Assembly: GCF_006345805.1 (NCBI RefSeq)
Contig: NC_043024.1
Coordinates: 496,001 to 560,000, forward strand
Direction: 5' to 3'
DNA length: 64,000 bases
From: Octopus sinensis
Taxonomy: Eukaryota
Part shown: in pieces, positions 37,001 to 48,600 of the stretch
How positions within the stretch are numbered: position 1 is the first letter of the stretch
Layout: each line of letters starts with the position of its first letter
Notes under the pieces: model-generated
Database searches by the model: none
What the model was told of the DNA's origin: nothing
What the model saw: the letters and a program-made list of their open reading frames with translations, nothing else
Translations under genes and position numbers: made by a program

Positions 37001-40000
37001 AAAATGTTCATTCACACATCTATATACGCACATGTACAAGAAAAAACGGCAAAATACGGGAAAATGTGTAAAAAAGTGTAAAAAATAAGCAATAAGAGTA
37101 AGACACATCTATATACGCACATACTCGCATGCACACACACACGTCTAATATATACACATACCTACACACATCTATATATACACACACACATACGCACAAA
37201 TAAAATTCATACACGTATATATATGCACATACACAAAAAAAAACAGGGCTAAAGGCAAAATACAGAAAAATGTGTAAAAAAAAAGGTGTAAGATGGGAAC
37301 CAAAATCTTCAAAGTCACCAGAAGAGGAAAAGAAGAAAACAAACAAGAGGAGAGAATGCCATCAATTCTTCTCTGCAAGAATTGGTCTACAGAGTGATCA
37401 ACAGCGTCACCATAAAGGAAGCGTTTGACAAAGAAAAATCTAAATTCTTGAATACAAGATAAAGCTGCCATCACCAACAACAATTAGAAAATATTATGGT
37501 GCGTTTGGTGGTTACATGAAGTTTGCGATGAACCACCGATGGCACATGTGGGGATTACGTTAATGTTTCTATATTTATTGTGAATTCGTTTGTGTCTTGT
37601 ATATTCTTCTTTCTGTTTGTAGACTCCAGAAACAAGGGGAATACGAGAGAGCAGCGGCCATAGCTTTATTTAACCTCCACATAACATTAGCTTTGGCTAT
37701 TCTCAACGATGAACGATCCCCTTCTTCAGATGAAGGTAAATTAACGTCATTTCTCTGTGTGTGTGGTGAAAGTGCATGGCTCAGTGGTTAGAGTGTCAGG
37801 CTAACGTGAGGTTGTGAGTTCGATTCCCAGACCAGGCTGTGTGTTGTGTTCTTGAGCAAGACACTTCATTTCATGTTGCTCCAGTTCACTCAGCTGTAGA
37901 CATAAGTTGAGACATCATTAGTGCCAAGCTGTATTGGCCTCTTTGCCTTTTCCTTGGATAACATTGATGGCATGGAGAGGGGGGGAGGCTGGTATGCATG
38001 GGCAACTACTGGTCTTTCATCAACAATTTTGTCCAAACTTGTGCCTCAGAGGGGAATTTTCTAGGTGTAATCCTATAGTATTTGTGAGCAAAGGGGGCCT
38101 TTACCCTTAGATTATGTATGTGGTATGAAGTTGCTTTCCAAACACATGGTTTCAGGTTCAGCTCTGCAGCACGGCACCATGGGCAATAGTCCTGGGTTGA
38201 ATAAAACCTAATGAGTGGATTTGGTAGGTGGAAACTGAAAGAAACCCATTGTATATCTATGTTTGTCGTCATCATCGTTTAACGTCCGCTTTCCATGCTG
38301 GCATGAGTTGGACGGTTTGACTGAGGACTGGCAAGCCAGATGGCTGCACCAGGCTCCAAAGTGATCTGGCAGAGTTTCTACAGATAGATGCCCTTCCTAA
38401 CGCCAACCACTCCAAGAGTGTAGTGGGTGCTTTTACGTGCCACTGGCATGAGGGCCAGTCAAGCGCTACTGACGACGGCCACGCTCAAATGGTGTTTTTT
38501 ATGTGGCACCTGCACAGGAGCCAGTGTGGGGACTGAGGGGAAAATAAGAAGGGCAACTAAACCCTTCAAGGCAATGCCCCAGCATGGCCGCATTCAAGTA
38601 ACTGGAACAAAAGATAAAAGATATTAATTATTATCTTTCATATCCTGTTCCCCCTGCTGCTTTTTTTTTCTTTTGAAATTCATTCATTTATGTTTTATTT
38701 CTCAGAATCTGACCGCAGTTTGGCGTTGGTGGGCATGGCACTGGCTGGTTTTACAGAGAACAAAGATGCCCTCTGGCAGAAAATGTGCCGCAATTTCAGA
38801 CGACAGTTAACAAATCCTTACCTAAGAGCTATGTTTTGGTTCCTTTCCTCATCAGAAACTGATAACTACAAAGAAATATTGGTGAGTTTTGTTGTTGTTG
38901 TTGTTGTTCATGTTTTTATACTTGTAGTATTCCTGCAATTATGTTTTCTTGTTGTGTACATGCTTTGTGTGTGTTTCTTTTTCACTTCTTTCAGTCATTA
39001 GACTGAACTCCCTCTTGCAGAGACAAGGGTCAGTTGTAGTGAGCAGTAGCAGTGATATACAAACAACAGGATGGTCATGGCTGGAACTCATAAGTCATCT
39101 TGATCAGAGTTGACTCAGCACTAAATAACAATAAAATATGATATAACCAAACCTCTGTGAGGGGTTGGTGTTAGGAAGGGCATCCAGCTGTGAAAACCCT
39201 GCCAAAACAGATAGCAAAGCCTGGTGCAGTCTTCTGCCTGACGGCCAGCTCCTATAGGACCGTCCAACTCATGCCAGCATGGAAAGCAGACATCAAATGC
39301 GGATAATAAGGATTATGAAATCTTGTGCATGCATTCATGAATGCATACAAGGCTTCTTTTCCGTTTCTACTGACCAAATCCATTCACAAGGCTATGGTCA
39401 TCTTGGGCCTAGAGTAGAAGACACTTGTACAAGGTGCCATGCAATGGGACTCAACCAAGAGCCATGTGGTTGAGAAACAGTCTTCTGACTACTCAACCCT
39501 GCTCAATTCTGTAAAAGACTTTTGGAAAGATTTTGTGTGCTGTGTGTTCTTGATTTTGGTCTCAGTCACAATCAATAATATTATAATGACCTTATGACAT
39601 TTTCTGTTTCCAGTTTGAAGAAGGAATGGCTGTTGGGGACCGGGTGGCATTTGCCTGCACTTTTCTTCCAGATGATTCTGTGAGTACCAGCTTGTGGTTT
39701 TTTATACATACATCATTCACATACACTCTCTAACTTTTGCATACACTCATATTTTCTCTCTCTCACACACATTCAGTCTTACACACTTATTGTATCATAC
39801 ACGCACCCTTTGTTCTACTCCTAGCTTCTCTCCCTCCCTCTTTTCCACTCTCCTCCCTTCTCTCCATCCAACTCCCACACAATGTCTTTCTTCTTCCTTT
39901 CTCTTATATCCCTCCATTCTCTTCTTTAGTTCTCTCTCCATCTTTCTTCTCTTTCCTTCCTCTCTTCACACAGAGCACAGGAATAACATTCACCTCCTCC

Positions 40001-43000
40001 CTTCTCACCTCCCAGACCACACTTGACCACAGAAGATATCAAAAAACCTACACACTTCCTCCCACTTTGCCCCACCACCACCACCACCACACCCACACAC
40101 TAACCAAAACACTAATCACTTCCATTGGTCATTTTGCCATTTCTGGATCTCATTTCAGTTGATAGAATACATCCAGTCTTTATCCAATCAGTTGGTGCTG
40201 GCTGGAAATTTGGACGGCATCTTGCTCACTGGTAAGTACCAGCCATAACACCTCTCTTTTATTTCTTTTATTTCTTGTGCATCATTCAAGCAAGTAATGC
40301 AAGACCATGTACAAATCTGTATTTGTTTTGTGGACAAATGACCGAGACGTTTGGCAATATGTTGTGCTTGAGAAGAAGAAGACCCATCGATTCTAGTCAT
40401 GGCAGATACTGGTGGCATGTAAAAGCACCCATTACATTTTGGGAGTGGTTGGCATTAGGAAGGGCATCCAGCTGTAGAAACCATGCCAAATCAGACTGGA
40501 ATCTGGTGCAGCCCCTCAGCTTACCAGCTCTGGTCAAACCATCCAACCCATGCCAGCATGGACGACAGATGTTAAATGATGATGATGGATAGGGTATGCA
40601 TTGTTTTGGAGTAATTAGAAAAACCTTTACTTATTTATCGCATCCCCTGGCATTAGGAAGGAGATCCAGCCATAGAAAGCCTGCCTCAACAGACAGCTGG
40701 AGTCTGGACAGTTCCCTGCAAGCCAGCTCCATATCAAACCATCCAACCCATTCCAGCATGGAGAGCAGGCAATAAAACGATGATGAGGGGTCACCACTGT
40801 GGCCTGTTGCTGGAACTGACCAGTGACCCCACGTATTTTGTGGGGTCACATGGCAGACTGTTTAATTGCAAGGAAATGTAATATTTCTGCATTTTCTTTT
40901 CCTCTTTTATTTGTTTTAGTCATGTGACTGCAGCCATGCTGGAGCATCACCTTGAAGGGTTTTAGTCGAACAATTTGACCCTGGGACATATTATTTTCTG
41001 AAGCCTAGTACTTATTTTATCGGCCTCTTTTGCCGAACTGCTAAGTTACAAGGATGTAAACGCATCAACACTGATTATCAAGTTGTGATGGTGGGGACAA
41101 ACACAGACACACACACACATAGACACATACGTATATATATGATGGGCTTCATTCAGTTTCCATCTACCATATCCACTCACAAGGCTTTGGTTGGCCCAAG
41201 GCTAGAGTTGAATACCCTTGCCCAAAGTGCCACACAGTGAGACTGAACCTGGAACTATGTGGTTGGGAAACAAGCTTCTTACCACACAGCCACCCCTGCG
41301 CTCAGGAGCCTGACCGGTCAGTATCCGTTTGTGCTGATTGCTATCAAGAAGTCAAGGATGGATGGATATGGTGAACATTGCCTTGGGGTAACCAAAAAAA
41401 TCTTTATTTATTGTATCTACTGATACTTTGGCACATTCACCACCACCACGGTTTGTTACTGGAACTTACCTGTGATGCCACATATTTCACACAGTCACAT
41501 AACATGATGTTTAATTACAAGGAAATATAATATTTTTGGGTTTTTACAATATTTCATAAAAATCGATAAAACTTGGTGCAGTGTTCAGCCTTGCCAGCCC
41601 TTGTCAAACCGTCCAACCCATGCCAGGTGGAAAATGGACGTTAAATGATGATGACAGGGTCCCGACCGGCTGCTGACAGTTTGTGCTGGTCGCTGATGAG
41701 ATGTCAAGTGCTCTCTGACTTTATGCTGCTGATTTCCTCCGCAAAATAGGGATAACAACATCCCTTTGGCGATATATTTTACCTGTTTTATGTTATACTG
41801 GCTAGATCCAACCTTTCATACCTTGCCTACAATGTCATTCTAGAAATTAACTGTCACATCACTGAAGCCCTGAAGTTTTGAGATACTGCATGATTAATTT
41901 AAAAGAATGTGAATAAATAAGCGTTCAACAGAGTAATCTGAATGCTAAAAGATTAAAAATAAACCATTTTCAAGGGAGTCTGCTTCTTCATAATTAAACT
42001 GTAATATTTAGCACTCGTGTTATATAAATATCCTCAATAACTCTGTCAAAGATACAGAATAAAATGTTTTCCCATTAGGAAAATATACCCTTGGTGGTGC
42101 ATCTGGCAGTTGTGTGACGTTTGTAGTGAACCACCAGGGGTACATATGATAGCTAACATGTTGAATGCATAATCCAGGACAAGGATAAGAAAAAAATGGA
42201 AGAACAGCAGAGTATCTCTTTAAAAATTTCCAGCAGTTACTTTAAATTCCTGCTATTATACCCAGATGGTAAAACATATGCACTCCTTCAGGATTAGGGT
42301 CAGGGACATCCCTCCCAATCCCACTTTTCTTGGAGATTCCTCACCCATTGAAATGACTTCCCCAACATCAAATGGGATATCTTTGGCAGAATATCCTCCT
42401 TACTCACCTGGGGCTTGCACTTAACAACTCTGCCTCTGTGAGAAACTGCACGTACCAGCTCACAATATCTATTAATAGATTATCCACCTCCCTGTCCCAC
42501 TTTTCTTGGACATTTCTAAACCATCAAAATGACTTCCCCAACATCAAACGCACAATATCCTATCTGCAACACATGGGCTGAAAAATCAAGAAAATAACTC
42601 CAGTTGCTTAGAGAACGTTACAATCACATGACCTGAGCTGACCAATGGAGGCCCTAAACACCAAGAAACCAGTTCAAATTTCTTTGAAACTCTCTACACT
42701 GTCTCTGATCATCAGATGAGGTGAATATGTTCCATGACCAGAAAATGTGAAGCTGTGACAAACTGTTGGTGATACATGTAACTCCAACTAAATGTATTGA
42801 GTGTTACATTCAAGGCGTGACTATGTGGTTAAGAAGCTCACTTTGCAACCGCACAGTTTTGGGTTCAGTCCCACTTTGCAGCACTTTAGGCAAGTGTCTT
42901 CTGCAACAGCCCCAAGCCAATCAATGCCTTTGTGAGTGAGTTTGGTAGATGGAAAGTATGTGGAAGTCTGTTGTGTGTATGGGGTGTCTGTGTTTCTGCC

Positions 43001-44000
43001 TGCACCCACTGCTTGACAATCGGTGATGGTTTGTTTACATCCCTGTAATTTAACAGAAACTGATGAACTTCCAGACTTTAACAAAATAAGTACTATGGAC
43101 AATTTGCTCAGCTAGAAACCATTCAAGGTGAGCCCCCAGCATGGCCATAGTCCAATGACTAAAACAAGTAAAAAAAAAAAGTATATGTAATTGTGCATTG
43201 AATTTTGGTAGAGTCGCATTTACATGTACTAAAAACAGAGGCACTGTATTTCTCTTTTGTCAATCATTTCTTTATTGTTTTACTTATAATAACCAATACG
43301 AAAGTCTTTCTTAACATAATCTATGGCTGTTTCACTAATATCTTCTTCCGTTTCCTTACCAATTTTATTCAGGTCTGTCTGAGAAAGGTGTACAGTTGTT
43401 ACAGAAGTATGTTGATGTTTCTAGTGATATGCAAACGGCCTGTTTCATTGCAATATCTACATTTCCCAGCTGGTTATCAACGGACAGTAGGGCTGACTCT
43501 TGGATACATGGGTAACACCTCCTATTCTCAGGCCTTCACTCTTACCTTTTTTCTCTATCTTCCTCCTCACAGTTTTTCTTATTTATTCGATATACACATA
43601 CATAGTTAATGGCTTTCTTACAAGTTCAAATACACCTCAAGTTTATATTTATAAACCTCACTACTGAGTGGAATATAATGAGAGTGATTTATCTCAGGTC
43701 AGTCTGTTGTGCTTTCCCCTTTCAGTGTCTGATGCTGAAGAGGAGATAACTAGTCTGAAATGCATATATCCATCAGTCTGGCTAGGAAGTGCTTCAAACT
43801 AACTTCGTATATTTGCACCTATTTGTCTAACAAAATACAGTGAATGGCTTCTTACAGGTTCAAATATATCTCAAACATATTTGAACTGGCAACAAGTTTA
43901 TATTTAAACACATCACAGCTTTGTGCTTCAATTTCATATTGTATTATGGCTGATCCGCCAATTTGTGTGATCAGTCACAATACTCTGATTGGAATATAAG

Positions 44001-44066
<66 letters not shown>

Positions 44067-44172
44067 CTGCCAGATCAGACTGGAGCCTGGTGCAGCCTCC
44101 TGGCTTCCCAGACCCTGGTCGAACTGTCCAACCTGTGCTAGCACGGAAAACGGACGTTAAACGATGATGATA

Positions 44173-44209
<37 letters not shown>

Positions 44210-44564
44210 GAGAAAATGAAGAAAAGAGAAAAAATTAATGTACAAACATTATTTATTTAAAGACATTCCAATTCTTGCAGAGAAATTCCTGCCTTCAGCT
44301 GTTTCCACACCCAATCAATTCAATTACAGAAATAAAATTCAAATTCCCATAATTGATACCAGTCAATTGGGTATTTTTTCAGGGAGAATTTCCTAAAGGA
44401 CGTTACATTACAAAATGTAGGTGTGTGTTTTCTTGAAAGCAAGCATTCCTTAGAAAGCCATTATTACCATATATGGTCAATACTCATTATGTAAACGCAA
44501 GCAGAACCTACATATTACTATATATAGAAAGGTTATATGGCAACTATACATACATGCATATATT

Positions 44565-44598
<34 letters not shown>

Positions 44599-45610
44599 TG
44601 TATATATAGATATGTGTGTGTATGCAGACACACACAGATAGGTAGCTAAGTAGGTATGTATATATAAACTGGCAAAAAGACAGCCCTGTAGGCAGTTTCC
44701 AATGAGTTACTATATAATAATTACCCATTTGGTTCCCAATTTTTGTAATTCTTCTGATGTTGCATCTAATTTCATTTTCTGTCTTTTATTCATCTGATAG
44801 TTTTTTCACAGTAAATAAATTTAGGGTGTAACTTCAGAAGTGTGCCCTACCAATTTTGTATCCTCATAACTTTTGGGAAAATTGTCATTTGATAGTGAAA
44901 TTCTGTAGAAATACCTTTGAGAATGCATAGATTACAATTATAGCAGAATTTGTTTTGAAAATGTGTTTGGTAGTGGGGAGGAGGAGTTTTGAATAATTCA
45001 CATGGATAGATTTTGTTTCTTCATAACTTTCAGGAAAATTGGTATTTTTTAATGGAATTTTCTACAAATACCTTTCAGATGGTGGCAGTTATTCTGACTA
45101 CTCTAGTCAAAGTTGGTCTGAGTAGCCACCAGCATGCTGATCAACAGTGACTAAATAGCCAACTTCAGTAGCTATTTCTCAAGAAGTCCATATCAGTTCA
45201 AGAAGTTGGATAATTGTTAAGTGTTTGTCTGAGGATAATTTTTTTCATTTCCCCACTACAACAGATCTTAAAATGAAATAGTTATGAATATTTTGAATTA
45301 CATGAATATCAAATGTACATACCAGTTGCCAGGAATGTGTTTATTATTATGTGAAATTGGTCAATCCAATTATGTTACACCAGAATATTTGGTGGCTATT
45401 TAAGCAATGTGTTTATGGATGTTTAATGGTTCAGATGTATTACTGAAGAAGGAGCAAGAACTCCTGAAATATGTATCTACACCATCTATACCCTTTACCT
45501 ATTTTCCCAACTTCAAATGCATTGTTTACATTGAAATATTCATTTACAAAACATTGCAAGCAAACCAGTGCTGGCTCTAATTTCCATAAGATATCTGTAG
45601 AGACAGTTTT

Positions 45611-45664
<54 letters not shown>

Positions 45665-48600
45665 CTTTCTCTCTCTCTCTCTCTCTCTCTCTTCCTTTCT
45701 TTCTTTCTTATTGTTCACATCAATTTATGTCCTTTGCAGCTACAGAAACCTTCTGAACCAATGGAAGTTATGGCATCAAAGGTAGGTTCATTGCAAGCTT
45801 TGTGGGTAGAGGCTGAGTGAGGCACTTCCCTCATTGAAAGAGGTATGGTAGAAGCTGAGTGAGACCCTCTTCTCATCCAATATAGGTACTGGAAGTGTTG
45901 GTAGTAACTGAATGAAACAGTTCTCTCATTGAGTGACAGGGGAATGGAGGTAGAGTAGAGGCTGAGTGAAATACTTCCCTCGTTGAGTGAGGAAAGTGGA
46001 AGTATTGTAAAGGTTGAGTGGGACTCTCTTCTCCATTATAGGTATTGGAAGTATGGTAGAGACTGAGTGAAACAGTTCTCTCATTGAGTGAGAGGAGAAT
46101 GGAGGTGGGATTGTCATGAGGCTCTCCTTTCATTTTGTGAAGGGAGTGGAAGTATGGTTAACCTGAGTGACACTCTTCCTAAACCAATGAAGACAGATCA
46201 ATTATGTGCCAGTGACTCGAGTGAGACTACTTTCTTCAATAAAGAGAAACGAAGTATGCCAGGGGCTGGGTTGAACTCCCTTCGTTCAGTGAAGAGAAGT
46301 GATATATACGAATGGAGGAGTGAAACGGTTTTCTTATCCAAAGAATGGACTACAATTTGAAATTGGCAGCAGCTGAGATAGAAAGCCTTGAGGAAAGTCC
46401 TAGATGTCCCCTCTCATCACACTTTCCATGTTCTGTTCATCAAACATCATCATCCTTTGATGTACATTTTCCATACTAGCCTGGCTTGGATGGTTCAACA
46501 GAAGCTAATGAGCGAGAGGAATGCACCAAGACAGAGGTTTCTGTCTTAGCATAGTTTCTCTGGTTGGACCCTCTTCTAAATGTCAACCACTTTAAAGGGT
46601 CTGCTGGGCACATTTTAGATGGCACTGGCACCAATGGGGCCACCAGATTACTTGCAAAACAAGCTGCAGAGTAATATAGAGGGAGGTGGCTCTGTGCCAC
46701 GTGATGAGAGATTAAAGCAGTGACTCTCAACTCTTTTTTTTTCACCTATGGACCCCTTTGATTACTATTTTACTTGGATGGACCCTCCTAGCCATTCGAT
46801 TCTTTAAAAATGTGTTTTGTAGATGCTTCTTTTGAAATTCCTATTTTGCCTTCCACACTTTCACGTGAATGGGTTGAAGTGTGTCAAACATTGGAGTAAG
46901 AAACCAAATTATTTCCTGCAATAAATACATCTAAAGCAAAAAGTCTTCATGGACCCCCTAAGGAACTACTGTGCATCCCTAATTTACTGTTATGTTTGTT
47001 TGCACACACACTCCCTCAAGTCTTACAGGGACCCCTAGAGGTCATATATGGATCCTAGATGAGAACCACTGGGTTAGAGTATGAGTAAAGCAAGAGGCAG
47101 GGGTGTCTTGCTGTAGAGGACATACATGGTTACCTCAGTTGGGAAACAAAGAGGATGTTGGAGAAGATACATCCAGGTGTTATCTCAAGTTACAGGATGG
47201 TGAATAAAAAAAGGGGCTGCTGGAAAGCTCCTGGCCTTGGATGAAAGAAAATCCAGGAGGATTAGTTAATCATGATTTTATTCAACATCTTTCCCTCTCA
47301 GATTCACACACTTATTGCAGGGGTCCTTTGATTTTACTAAGCCCCGTAAAAGAACTCAGAAGGTTGGGCCTCCAGTCAGGCCTTTTGCAACTCCCTTAAA
47401 GCCAGGAACTTTTCAGAACCCCCTTGTAGTGTTGGTTGATAAGTTCACGGAAGTATGAGAGTTGAGTGACAGATGGATAGAGATGGGGGTCGAAGGAAAT
47501 GCAGTGAATGCTAAACATGGGCAGTGGTGTGTTTGGTGCAGTAATATTCAATATTTTCTATTACAGAGCCTTGTTTGATATCCTGTGGCAGGGCTGCGAC
47601 TCACAGAATCATGAACACTCAGAAGTATTTGTCAGCTGCAACTCTTGTCGAAAGTCGGTCTCGCGAAATGCACAGCCATTGGTGAAAAACAAACAACAGA
47701 ACTGGAGTCGGTCGAGCAACACGGCAAAACATGTTAAGGTGAAAGAAACACTGTTCACTTTTTGTTCTTTCTTTATTTCTGGAACCTTTTTTTTTTATTA
47801 GTGTGTGTGTATGTGTGTGTGTGGTGTGTATGTTTATATGTATATGTGTATCTGTGTGTACATCTATACTGGTGGAGGTAACTATATCAGGATAAAATTA
47901 ACGCGCAAGTGGCTGAGTACTCCACTGACATGCATACCATTAACGTGTAGTTCTCAGGAAGATTCAGCCCCTTACAGAATGTGACCAGGCTGACCCCTTT
48001 CATTTACAGCTACCCCTCATTTTGGCCAGCTGAGTGGACTGGGGCAAGATAAGCCTTCAAGTGGCTGGAAGAAAATGAAAAATGATCCCATACAGGGGAA
48101 GAAAAATCTTTTTAGTTGTTAGGGCCATTTGTGGGTGTTGATCCAGTCCTAACAATGGCCTAGCTATCTCTCTATATGTCTCTCTTTCTCTCTCAGCAAA
48201 TACCTGTGGATGTTACTCTTACTTTTCTACACTTGAAGGGAGAAATAAAAGGTGTTAAGCAGAGGAGGTCTACTCAAAGTGAGCAGCAAAGCAAGAGAGA
48301 GGAAGTGGTGACTGAAAGGAAGGTGGCGTTTGTTTTATGTTTTTAAATGTTTATCAGAATATTCAGAGGAGACAAATGCAAAACCACAGCAAATATTGGA
48401 AGTTATTTTTACTTTCCTGCAACATAATCATTTACCGTATTCTATACACTGGTTCCTCAACCAATATTGGATATTCTCATGGCACCAGCACACAATTTAC
48501 AGATGCTTACATCTTTTATATTTTCCATGAAGTTTTCACAGGTCCAGCTAATTATTATTATTACTAATATTATTAAGGTAACGAGCTGGCAGACTCATTA

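Noticed and set aside
42320-42550. ~50-bp direct repeat with a ~176-bp period
   Set aside because: An old local duplication with no further structure evident.
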